A stretch of DNA of 64,000 nt from Candidatus Komeilibacteria bacterium (lineage in GTDB: Bacteria > Patescibacteriota > Patescibacteriia > UBA1558 > UBA10009), in assembly GCA_030688315.1 (NCBI GenBank), contig JAUYIT010000017.1:2845-66844 (forward strand), read 5' to 3'. A program made the translations under genes and the position numbers. Positions 38,226 to 46,112 of this stretch are shown piece by piece. Position 1 is the first letter of the stretch; each line of letters begins with the position of its first letter. The notes beneath the pieces were generated by a model. That model made no database searches, had not been told where the DNA came from, and saw nothing but the letters and a program-made list of their open reading frames with translations.

Positions 38226-39539
38226 TTGCAAAATAATTATCTAATATTTATGATGGAAACAAATAACCAACCGGCTGAATCGGCCGGCTATCAGTTTAAA
38301 AAAGGCAGCCGGCCGTCCGGCCTGATCGCGGTCATTGTTTTTGTAATCATCGCCTTTTTTATCGGCGTCATGTTTGGCCAAAACCGGCAGGTCACCTTAA
38401 ATAACGGCGGCGTCAATACCGACGCCAACGGTGGTAAGGTTTTAAACACCGACAGTTTGCCGGATTATCTGGCCAAGGATGTTAATTTTAAAAATTTTTG
38501 GAAGGTCTGGGATATTATCAAGAACAAACATATTGACCGCGGCCAAATCAGCGATACCCAGCTGTATTACGGCGCTTTAAAGGGCGTAGTTGACGCCTTA
38601 GGTGATCCTTACTCGGTGTTTTTTAACCCCGAGACCTCCAAGGAGTTTAACGATGAACTGCAGGGCAAATTTGAGGGTATTGGCGCCGAAATCGGCCTGC
38701 GTGACGAGCGCTTGACCGTGATCGCGCCCTTACCTGATTCACCGGCCGAAAAAGCCGGCGTCAAGGCATTGGATAAAATTATCGCCATTGACGACAAAGA
38801 TACCACGGGTATAGCTTTGGACGAAGCGGTAAAGCTGATTAGGGGTGATAAAGGCACCACCGTTACCTTAAGCATCATCCATCAGGGTCAAACCGAAGCT
38901 AAAAAAATCACCATTACCCGCGATACCATTAAAATTAAAAGCGTCACTTATCAAAACAAGGACGGTTACGCTTACATAAAAATCAGCAATTTTAACTCCG
39001 ATACCAACGCTTTGTTTTTGGAAGCCGTAAACGAATTGGTTAAAACTTCGCCCAAAGGCGTGATTCTGGATTTAAGAAACGATCCGGGCGGTTATTTGGA
39101 TATGGCCGTGGCCATTGCTGGTTACTGGGTGGAGCGCGGCCAGGTGGTGGTTAAGGAGGAGTTTAGCGACGCCGAATTAAATCAGGATTATAATTCATCC
39201 GGCCTGGCGCAACTTAAAGATTATCCCACCGTGGTTTTGGTTAATGGCGGTTCGGCTTCGGCTTCCGAAATCGTGGCCGGCGCCCTTCAGGATTACGGCT
39301 TGGCCACCATTATCGGCACCACCACTTTTGGCAAGGGTTCGGTACAGGAACTGGAAAAATTGAGCGATGGCTCGTCCATTAAAATTACCATTGCCCGCTG
39401 GCTGACACCCCAGGGCCGGACCATAGAAAAAAACGGTATTACTCCGGATTTGATTGTGGAAATAAAAGAAGAGGATTACGAGGCCAATAAAGATCCGCAA
39501 TTGGATCAGGCCATTGCCACGCTTAACGCAAAGCAGTAA
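38226..39539 (+). CDS. ctpA: carboxyl-terminal processing protease (S41) with PDZ domain
   Basis: TM anchor, PDZ domain and the S41 core VVLVNGGSASASEIVAGALQDYGLATIIGTTTFGKGSVQ. Confidence 0.85.
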   Translation: MQNNYLIFMMETNNQPAESAGYQFKKGSRPSGLIAVIVFVIIAFFIGVMFGQNRQVTLNNGGVNTDANGGKVLNTDSLPDYLAKDVNFKNFWKVWDIIKNKHIDRGQISDTQLYYGALKGVVDALGDPYSVFFNPETSKEFNDELQGKFEGIGAEIGLRDERLTVIAPLPDSPAEKAGVKALDKIIAIDDKDTTGIALDEAVKLIRGDKGTTVTLSIIHQGQTEAKKITITRDTIKIKSVTYQNKDGYAYIKISNFNSDTNALFLEAVNELVKTSPKGVILDLRNDPGGYLDMAVAIAGYWVERGQVVVKEEFSDAELNQDYNSSGLAQLKDYPTVVLVNGGSASASEIVAGALQDYGLATIIGTTTFGKGSVQELEKLSDGSSIKITIARWLTPQGRTIEKNGITPDLIVEIKEEDYEANKDPQLDQAIATLNAKQ

Positions 39540-39568
39540 AATATTAAAGATGGCTGTAAACTAAAAAT

Positions 39569-40018
39569 ATGCTGGTTTTTTTATTAAAAAACATCGCGGG
39601 TCTGGGTTTAAAGGGCGAAATTAAAAACGTATCTGACGGCTATGCCCGCAATTTTTTATTGCCGCAAAAGTCAGCCGAAAGCGTTTCGGCCAAGCAAGGC
39701 GAACAATTAAAGGCCCTGCAAAAATCGCAGGCCAACAAGGCGGTGGCCGCTACCGCCTCGGTTAAATCGGTACTTGGCCAGCTGGAAGGTAAAACCATTA
39801 AAGTAAGCGGACCGGCTTCAGCCAAGGGAACTTTGTATAAAGGAATTTCCGCCCAGCAAATCGTTAAGGCAATCGCGGATCAGCTTAAGCAGGAGATTCC
39901 CGCTGATTATGTAATTTTAGAGGAGCCCTTAAAGGAAGTAGGCAAGCACTCGGTCGGTTTAAAATTTCATAATGAAAAAGTTAAATTAAACATTGAAATA
40001 TTGCCCGGCGACAAATAA
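39569..40018 (+). CDS. rplI: 50S ribosomal protein L9
   Basis: 149 aa. The N-terminus [33 protein letters not shown] matches bL9. Confidence 0.85.
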   Translation: MLVFLLKNIAGLGLKGEIKNVSDGYARNFLLPQKSAESVSAKQGEQLKALQKSQANKAVAATASVKSVLGQLEGKTIKVSGPASAKGTLYKGISAQQIVKAIADQLKQEIPADYVILEEPLKEVGKHSVGLKFHNEKVKLNIEILPGDK

Positions 40019-41668
40019 TTGTTTCCGCGCTTTTTAAATAAAATGAATAAACAGATCAAAACCAAACTGATTTTTGTGACCGGTGGCGTTTGCTCGGGCT
40101 TGGGCAAGGGCACGGCTTCGGCGGCTACCGGCGCTTTGCTTAAAGCCAGCGGGTATAGCGTGTTTACCCTTAAACTGGATCCGTATTTAAACGTGGATCC
40201 GGGAACCATGAGCCCGTACCAGCACGGGGAGGTGTTTGTAACCGACGACGGTACCGAAGCGGATTTGGATCTGGGGCATTATGAACGCTTTATTGACGTT
40301 AATTTATCCAAACTATCCAATTTAACCACCGGCCGGGTGTATCAGGATGTTTTAAACAAGGAACGGGTGGGCGACTTTTTAGGCAAAACTATTCAAATTG
40401 TGCCGCATATTACCGACGCCATCAAATTATATATTAACAAAGTGGCCGCGGCCACTAAAGCGGATTTTTTGATGATTGAAATAGGCGGTACGGTCGGCGA
40501 TATTGAAGGCGAACCCTACGTGGAAGCGGCCAGACAGCTGCATAATGAACTGGGCAACGCGGGCGTGATGTTTATCCATGTCACTCTAGTGCCCTACATC
40601 GGCGCTTCCAATGAACTTAAAACCAAACCGACCCAAACTTCGGTCAGAGAACTTCAGCACCGCGGCGTTAACCCCGATATCATCATTGCCCGCAACGATT
40701 ACCAGTTAAGCAAAGCCGAGGTGGAAAAAATCAGCTTGTTTTGCAACGTCAAAAAAGAAGCGGTTATTGACGGCAAAACCGTCAAAAGCATTTACGAAAT
40801 TCCCCTGATGTATGAAAAAAACAACCACTTAACCCGGCAGATCTCCGAGCATTTTGGCCTTAATTACAAAAAACCGGATTTAAAGGACTGGGAAAATCTG
40901 GTTAGAAAAATTAAGGACGGCAAAAAAACCATTGCCATCGGTTTGGTGGGCAAATATACCGAAAATAACGACGCTTATTTAAGCGTAACCGAGGCCTTAA
41001 AAGCCGCCTCATACGATAACAACGTTAAACTGGAGCTGACCTGGATTAATGCCGATAAAATTGAAAAGCACGATAAAAAAGAAATGGGTTTAATGAAGTC
41101 CATGGACGGCCTGCTGATTCCCGGCGGTTTTGGCAAGCGGGGCACGGAAGGAAAAATTTTGGCCGCCAAGTACGCGCGCGAAAGCCAAACGCCTTATTTT
41201 GGCCTGTGCTTGGGCGCGCAACTGATGGCCATTGAATTTGCCCGCAATGTAGTCGGCTTAGCCGACGCCACCTCGGAAGAATTTAACCCCAAGGCCAAAA
41301 ATTTAGTCGTGCATTTTTTACCGGGCCAATCCGAAGGCCGGGCTAAGGGCGGAACTTTGCGTTTGGGATCTTACCCGTGCGTGGTTAAAAAGGGGACCAC
41401 GGCTTACCGCGCCTATAAAACCGCCAGAATTGATGAGCGGCACCGCCATCGCTATGAATTCAATAACGATTACCGCGCCCAACTGGAAAAAGCCGGCCTT
41501 ATTATTTCCGGCGATTCGCCCAAACATAATTTAATGGAAATCGTGGAAATCAAAGGGCATCCGTTTATGCTGGGTACCCAGTTCCATCCGGAATTTAAAT
41601 CACGGCCTTTACGGCCGCATCCCTTGTTTAGGGAATTTATCAAGGCCTGCGCGGTTAAGAAAAAATAA
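40019..41668 (+). CDS. pyrG: CTP synthase
   Basis: TGGVCSGLGKG P-loop-like motif, a glutamine amidotransferase domain (GLCLGAQLM) and a typical length of about 540 aa. Confidence 0.95.
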   Translation: MFPRFLNKMNKQIKTKLIFVTGGVCSGLGKGTASAATGALLKASGYSVFTLKLDPYLNVDPGTMSPYQHGEVFVTDDGTEADLDLGHYERFIDVNLSKLSNLTTGRVYQDVLNKERVGDFLGKTIQIVPHITDAIKLYINKVAAATKADFLMIEIGGTVGDIEGEPYVEAARQLHNELGNAGVMFIHVTLVPYIGASNELKTKPTQTSVRELQHRGVNPDIIIARNDYQLSKAEVEKISLFCNVKKEAVIDGKTVKSIYEIPLMYEKNNHLTRQISEHFGLNYKKPDLKDWENLVRKIKDGKKTIAIGLVGKYTENNDAYLSVTEALKAASYDNNVKLELTWINADKIEKHDKKEMGLMKSMDGLLIPGGFGKRGTEGKILAAKYARESQTPYFGLCLGAQLMAIEFARNVVGLADATSEEFNPKAKNLVVHFLPGQSEGRAKGGTLRLGSYPCVVKKGTTAYRAYKTARIDERHRHRYEFNNDYRAQLEKAGLIISGDSPKHNLMEIVEIKGHPFMLGTQFHPEFKSRPLRPHPLFREFIKACAVKKK

Positions 41669-41686
41669 AGCATTTAAACTAAAACG

Positions 41687-41715
41687 CCTTCAGTTGTAAC
41701 TGAAGGTGTTTTTTG
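41687..41715 (+). terminator. rho-independent terminator after pyrG
   Basis: ccttcagt-tgta-actgaagg hairpin followed by tgttttttg. Confidence 0.65.
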
Positions 41716-41734
41716 ATCAAAATATAAAGTTTGA

Positions 41735-41854
41735 TTATCTGCGCTTTTTGGCGGCCTTGGCTTCCAGCATTACTTTTTTAGCCGCCAACCTTTTGGTGGT
41801 TTTGTCCGAGCTGGATTTTTGCTTGCGGCCAAAGGCCTTTCTGCGTTTTGACAT
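41735..41854 (-). CDS. small highly basic protein (39 aa), not in the ORF track
   Basis: Minus-strand ATG at 41854 and TAA at 41735-41737 encode MSKRRKAFGRKQKSSSDKTTKRLAAKKVMLEAKAAKKRR. It is divergent from the tRNA-Gln promoter region and the terminator hairpin lies downstream. Confidence 0.4.
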   Translation of the reverse strand: MSKRRKAFGRKQKSSSDKTTKRLAAKKVMLEAKAAKKRR

Positions 41855-41907
41855 ATGACTATAAAGTTAATTTTACTATAGTATACTCCTTTTTATGCCT
41901 TTGTCAA

Positions 41908-41936
41908 TTGACATTTGCCTTAAAATACCTTATCAT
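41908..41936 (+). promoter_or_regulatory. sigma70-like promoter for tRNA-Gln: TTGACA (-35), 17-nt spacer, TATCAT (-10)
   Basis: Consensus -35 with ideal spacing. The predicted TSS is about 15 nt upstream of the tRNA 5' end. Confidence 0.5.
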
Positions 41937-41957
41937 TTTATCCTAGTAGGCAATTAT

Positions 41958-42031
41958 TCGGGGATCGTCTAATGGTAGGACAGCGGGTTTTGGTCCCGTC
42001 AATTGGGGTTCGACTCCCTGTCCCCGAGCCA
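41958..42031 (+). tRNA. tRNA-Gln (anticodon UUG), CCA encoded
   Basis: 74 nt folded manually: 7-bp acceptor stem (TCGGGGA/TCCCCGA), D-arm GTCT-AATGGTA-GGAC, anticodon stem GCGGG/CCCGT with loop TTTTGGT (UUG), T-arm TGGGG-TTCGACT-CCCTG, discriminator G and 3' CCA. Confidence 0.85.
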
Positions 42032-42073
42032 ATAAAAAAACACCAACAGCTGTTGGCGTTTTTTTATTGGCTC
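42026..42073. terminator. 48-bp near-perfect palindrome overlapping the tRNA 3' end; bidirectional terminator-like
   Basis: gagccaataaaaaaacaccaacag | ctgttggcgtttttttattggctc. There is one mismatch in the 24-bp arms, with a central stem ccaacag/ctgttgg followed by a T-run. Confidence 0.6.
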
Positions 42074-42248
42074 ATAAAAAGTACATTTTGACTAAATTGT
42101 ACTAATTAGCTATACTTACTTTGTTAGGAATGCTTTAAACGGCAGAGTTACATTGCTAGCATCTTTATTAAATTAATTTATCAGGTTTTAAAGGTCGATC
42201 TACCGTAAAATTACTAAATTTCATGTTTAAAATTAACCATCAAAAACT

Positions 42249-43289
42249 ATGTTAATTACTTTATTTATCGCCACTCTGCTGGCCGTAACCGGCGGCATCA
42301 GCTTGGCGGCCGAGGGTTCTTTGCCCGGCCAAACCCTGTATCCGGTTAAATTAGGGGTCAATGAACAGGTTAAATCGGCCCTGACCTTTGGCTCGGAAAA
42401 TGAAGCCCATTGGTCCATTGAACAAGCCATGAGACGTTTGGGAGAAACGGTCAATTTATCGGCCAACAGCGAGTTGAGCGCTGAAGAAACCCTTTTAATC
42501 TCTCAAAGGTTAAAAGATTATTTGGCCAAGGTTGATTCATTGTCCGATAAGTTGTCGGCGGAAGGCCGAGTGGAAGCGGCTCTGCGAATTAACGCCAAAG
42601 CGTCCGCGTCTTTAAGCACCTATAACGAAATGCTGGCTTCCTTGTCAGTTCAGGCCGAGGCGGACGGCAATTTGGCCCTAAAAACCAACCTGGATTCAAT
42701 TAAAGAGGTTGTGGTTAACGGTCTGTCCGCGTTAGTGGGTCAAGAAGCGGAATTAAAGGCCAAGTTGGAGGCGTCTTCTGATGACAGTAAAATGGAGGCC
42801 ACGGCCGGAGTTAAGGTGGCCGCTAACAACAAGATTAGCGAGGTTAAAAAATACCTTGAACTTAAGTCCAATGATATTTCCGCCGAAGTAGCAGCAGATG
42901 TTAGTATGCATCTGGATTTGGCTGATCAAGCCAAATTGGAAGGCGATAGCAAGCTGGAAGCCAAGGCGTATGCCGAAGCTTTAGTTTTATATCGTTCCGC
43001 CTTTAGGCACGCCCAGGAAGCCAAGGCCATTATTCATGCTGGTTTAAGCATTAAGGCCGCCTTAGGCGACCCCCAGGACAAGGCCAGATTTGAAGGCATT
43101 TCCGAAAGATTCAGGGATATGCTGAAGTTAAGGTTTGACGCCGAAGGCAATACTAATGCCAACGTTAACGTCCAAATGGACGATGACAAGAATGATGTTG
43201 AAGAGGATGAAGACGATAATGAAGAAGATGACCGTGGCGATTTGGAATTAAAACTGGAAGGCAACGTTAACGGTAATCTGGAATTGTAA
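42249..43289 (+). CDS. secreted/membrane-anchored coiled-coil protein with poly-acidic C-terminal tail (DUF5667-like N-terminus)
   Basis: N-terminal TM/signal helix then SLPGQTLYPVKLGVNEQVKSALT, as in DUF5667 proteins. The body is Ala/Glu/Lys-rich and helical, ending in DDDKNDVEEDEDDNEEDDRGD. Confidence 0.45.
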   Translation: MLITLFIATLLAVTGGISLAAEGSLPGQTLYPVKLGVNEQVKSALTFGSENEAHWSIEQAMRRLGETVNLSANSELSAEETLLISQRLKDYLAKVDSLSDKLSAEGRVEAALRINAKASASLSTYNEMLASLSVQAEADGNLALKTNLDSIKEVVVNGLSALVGQEAELKAKLEASSDDSKMEATAGVKVAANNKISEVKKYLELKSNDISAEVAADVSMHLDLADQAKLEGDSKLEAKAYAEALVLYRSAFRHAQEAKAIIHAGLSIKAALGDPQDKARFEGISERFRDMLKLRFDAEGNTNANVNVQMDDDKNDVEEDEDDNEEDDRGDLELKLEGNVNGNLEL

Positions 43290-43293
43290 TTAC

Positions 43294-43409
43294 GGCGCGG
43301 CCTGACGCATTGTTAAAATTATTAATAGATTTTAAAACGTAGAGACACAAAATTTTGTGTCTCTACGTTGTTTTAATTACCGCCTATGTGTAAAGCGTCA
43401 GGCCGCGCC
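43294..43409. repeat. composite palindromic element: 15-bp GC-rich inverted repeats (GGCGCGGCCTGACGC / GCGTCAGGCCGCGCC) flanking a 17-bp-stem AT-rich hairpin that acts as a bidirectional terminator
   Basis: Outer arms are at 43294-43308 and 43395-43409. The inner perfect hairpin aacgtagagacacaaaa/ttttgtgtctctacgtt is at 43336-43369 and is followed by gttttaatt. It lies between the convergent 42249 and yggT genes. Confidence 0.55.
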
Positions 43410-43715
43410 CGCGCCTTTGGTGGTTCGGTTGATTGCCTTAATCAATTCCACAATCAGATAATTGACAATATAGTAAATAATCAGGGCGAACAGCGCGGAA
43501 AATTCAATGGTAAACCGTCCATCCAGCTGGGGCGAGGGGAAAATATTGCTGAACGGATAAAGCAGGGGCGAACTGGTTTCGTAGATCCAAGATACAAAGG
43601 GCGTACTCGGATTGGCCCCAAACAGCTTTAAAATAATTCTCAGGCCGATAATTGTTTCCATAATGCCAAAGAGCACGTTGACTAAGGTGATAAAGAAGGC
43701 CGGTATTTTGCCCAT
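43398..43715 (-). CDS. YggT-family small membrane protein
   Basis: 105 aa with 2-3 TM helices. The motif GLRIILKLFGANPSTPFVSWIYETSSPLLYPFSNIFP resembles the YggT/Ycf19 core. Confidence 0.65.
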   Translation of the reverse strand: MGKIPAFFITLVNVLFGIMETIIGLRIILKLFGANPSTPFVSWIYETSSPLLYPFSNIFPSPQLDGRFTIEFSALFALIIYYIVNYLIVELIKAINRTTKGAGAA

Positions 43716-43754
43716 ATGTTTAGTGGTTATTGCTTAACACGGTTAGCATACCAT

Positions 43755-43785
43755 AAAATGTATATTTTGTAAAATATATACATTT
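43755..43785. promoter_or_regulatory. AT-rich inverted repeat (aaaatgtatat N9 atatacatttt) in a divergent promoter region; candidate operator
   Basis: 11-bp perfect inverted arms separated by 9 nt, lying between yggT (-) and the 43879 gene (+). Confidence 0.3.
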
Positions 43786-43878
43786 TGTCAATTAGTGCTA
43801 TAATTACAGTATCAGCAATAGTTATCCACAGCGCCTAGCGCCAAAGACGGACCAAAGCTATGAAATTAAGGAAATTCT

Positions 43879-44655
43879 ATGAAAACACTTGTATATTTAA
43901 TGGTTTTGTTGGCCGGTTTAACCGGGCTGGGGGCGGGCTGTACTCAAAAGGCCGACTTAAGCTTGATTATGGAACCGGAACCCGAATTACTGGCGGAGGC
44001 CGGTTTAGACGGCCGGGTGGCGGAACAGATGCGCTTAAAGGACCAAATCAGCAAATTGTTGGAATTATCAAGTTCATTGATGGTTGAAATGGAAGCGTCA
44101 GACGCCAAAGCCGGCATAGTAAAAACTGATCTGGTTAAATCCGAGCTGGCCGATAAAATCAACGAGGCCAGGTTAAGCGCGGTTGAGCTGGAGCAGGCCA
44201 GCGGTCCGGACTGGGCAAAAGTTAAAAGCCAAGGCCAGCTGGCCTTAAACGCGTTGGCCGAAACTTATCTTGACTCATTAGTAAAATTCAACCAGAATGT
44301 CGGCGAGGCAAAAAAGATTCAACCGGTTGATCAGGAGGTTAGGATTATGGGTAAAAACGCTTTGGCGGCCCGTTTAAAACAAATCAAGGAAAATCTAGCC
44401 GGCCTGTTGGTGAGGGTGGAGCCCAGAACCAATGGCATGAACCCTGAGGTTCTGGAAGAATGGGATAGGGCCAAGGAAAAATTAGCTGAACAGCTATTCC
44501 TGTCTTACAAAAAAATCAATGAATTATCGTTAAAAAGCGGCAGTTGGGAAAGGTTGTACGTGGCGGCCAAGGATCAGCTAGCTGAGCTAAGCCGGTTATA
44601 CGTCAGCGCCCAAGCCAAGCATGATATTGAGCGCGCCAGCTTAACCATAAAGTGA
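43879..44655 (+). CDS. putative lipoprotein, coiled-coil
   Basis: Signal peptide with the lipobox-like LTGLGAGC, then an Ala/Glu/Lys/Leu-rich helical protein. AAGGAA lies 7 nt upstream of the ATG. Confidence 0.5.
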   Translation: MKTLVYLMVLLAGLTGLGAGCTQKADLSLIMEPEPELLAEAGLDGRVAEQMRLKDQISKLLELSSSLMVEMEASDAKAGIVKTDLVKSELADKINEARLSAVELEQASGPDWAKVKSQGQLALNALAETYLDSLVKFNQNVGEAKKIQPVDQEVRIMGKNALAARLKQIKENLAGLLVRVEPRTNGMNPEVLEEWDRAKEKLAEQLFLSYKKINELSLKSGSWERLYVAAKDQLAELSRLYVSAQAKHDIERASLTIK

Positions 44656-44680
44656 TTTTTTAAGTTCATTAAAACTAAAA

Positions 44681-44700
44681 ACACCCCGAAAACGGGGTGT
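44681..44700. terminator. hairpin terminator (acaccccg aaaa cggggtgt), mainly for the minus-strand Phd/YefM-like gene
   Basis: 8-bp GC-rich stem. On the minus strand it is followed by tttttagtttt. Confidence 0.55.
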
Positions 44701-44724
44701 TTGATACTTGCATCCGGAGACAAA

Positions 44725-45009
44725 TTATTTTGCTTTTTTAATCATAACATGTCTTTTTTGACTAAAGGTTTCACCTTTCAATGAGTGTTTGGAAAATTTG
44801 TTAGCCGTGTTATTGATAACGGGTTGGATTACCACCCAGGGCTTGCCATGCTTGGTAATCATCATATTTTCCTGATTATAATGCACATGATCGATTGTTT
44901 CTTGGAAGCGTTTTCTCGCTTCGGTTGCGGCATTTTGTAGCATATGGTTATCTTGGTTAATGTTTTTAAAAGTCAACTCCAGTATAGTCCGTTTTGTATA
45001 TAATGTCAA
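44725..45009 (-). CDS. Phd/YefM-family antitoxin-like protein (orphan)
   Basis: The core NAATEARKRFQETIDHVHYNQENMMITKHGKPWVVIQPV matches the Phd/YefM fold pattern. The ORF-track start at 45009 is a TTG; an internal ATG at 44943 gives a 72-aa product of typical size. There is no adjacent toxin ORF. Confidence 0.5.
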   Translation of the reverse strand: MTLYTKRTILELTFKNINQDNHMLQNAATEARKRFQETIDHVHYNQENMMITKHGKPWVVIQPVINNTANKFSKHSLKGETFSQKRHVMIKKAK

Positions 45010-45114
45010 ATATGTCTATTATCAGTAATGTCTTAAATAATTTCCTTCATTTTTATTAAAATTATGGGCAAATCAAAAAAGAAGCTGTGGATATCTTTTT
45101 ACTAATTAACAAAT

Positions 45115-45131
45115 CAGGCAATATTTGCCTG
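45115..45131. promoter_or_regulatory. inverted repeat CAGGCAA-tat-TTGCCTG 12 nt upstream of the 45144 start codon; candidate operator or RBS-occluding hairpin
   Basis: Perfect 7-bp arms with a 3-nt spacer immediately upstream of the ATG of the secreted-protein gene. Confidence 0.3.
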
Positions 45132-45143
45132 ACAAATAAACCT

Positions 45144-46088
45144 ATGAACAATAAATTAAGCATGTTTTTAGCCGGTCTGGCCTTGTTTTTAAGTCCGGGC
45201 TTGGTTATGGCGCAAAGCGCGCCCTTAGCGGTCACGGTGAACGGCCGAGTTTTAATTAATGTGGATCAGCGGGGCGAGGCCTGGTACGTTTGGCCCAAAA
45301 GCGTCCAGCGCTATTATTTAGCCAATGGCCAAATTACTCTGGGTGTGATGCAAAAAACCGGCCAAAAAACGACTAATACCGATTTGGCTAAAATAAAAAT
45401 CGGCATTATTAAGGATTCCCGGTTGCCCGACGCCGATATTGACGGCATCTGGGACGGTCAGGAAACGGCTTTGGGTATGAATCCAAACAGCGGCGATTCG
45501 GATAACGATGGCTATGCCGACGGCACCGAAATTGCCAATAATTACAGTCCGCTGGGTGCCGGTAAAATGATTACCGACGACAATTTTGCCAAAAGCAAAG
45601 CCGGTTATATTTTACTGCAATATCAAAATCACGGCGAGGCCTGGTACGTTTGGCCGGCTGACAATAAAAGGTATTATCTGGGTACGGGCGAGCAGGCCTT
45701 TATCGTCTTGACTCGCTTAGGCCTAGGTATTACCAACTCCGACTTGCTTAAAGTTCCCATCGCAGCTGATTCCGGTACGCCAACCGTAATTACCACCGAA
45801 AGCGTGGATATTTTGGCCGGAGAATATTTAATTTACCTTAAAAACGATCGGATTCTGATCGGACGGAATAAAAATTTGGCCATAACTTTTACCAATAAGG
45901 GCAATCAACCGCACCGTTTAATAATTACCGGCTTAGATGTTTTAACCGAACAGTTGCATCCCGGACAAAAGCAAACCATTCTAATTCCGGCCGGCTATCT
46001 GCATTCGGGCAATTATACGGTTGAAGAACTGACCGAAACCGATAGAAGCAAAGGCATGTTATTCAATTTTACCATTCAAATTATTTAA
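45144..46088 (+). CDS. secreted protein with internally duplicated GEAWYVWP module and Asp-rich Ca-binding-like linker
   Basis: Signal peptide MNNKLSMFLAGLALFLSPGLVMA. Two copies of the ...GEAWYVWPxxxxRYYL...G... module are separated by DADIDGIWDGQETALGMNPNSGDSDNDGYADGTE. The ORF-track start at 45087 is a likely 5' over-extension. Confidence 0.5.
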   Translation: MNNKLSMFLAGLALFLSPGLVMAQSAPLAVTVNGRVLINVDQRGEAWYVWPKSVQRYYLANGQITLGVMQKTGQKTTNTDLAKIKIGIIKDSRLPDADIDGIWDGQETALGMNPNSGDSDNDGYADGTEIANNYSPLGAGKMITDDNFAKSKAGYILLQYQNHGEAWYVWPADNKRYYLGTGEQAFIVLTRLGLGITNSDLLKVPIAADSGTPTVITTESVDILAGEYLIYLKNDRILIGRNKNLAITFTNKGNQPHRLIITGLDVLTEQLHPGQKQTILIPAGYLHSGNYTVEELTETDRSKGMLFNFTIQII

Positions 46089-46112
46089 TTTATCCTAAAA
46101 TTTATCCAACCT

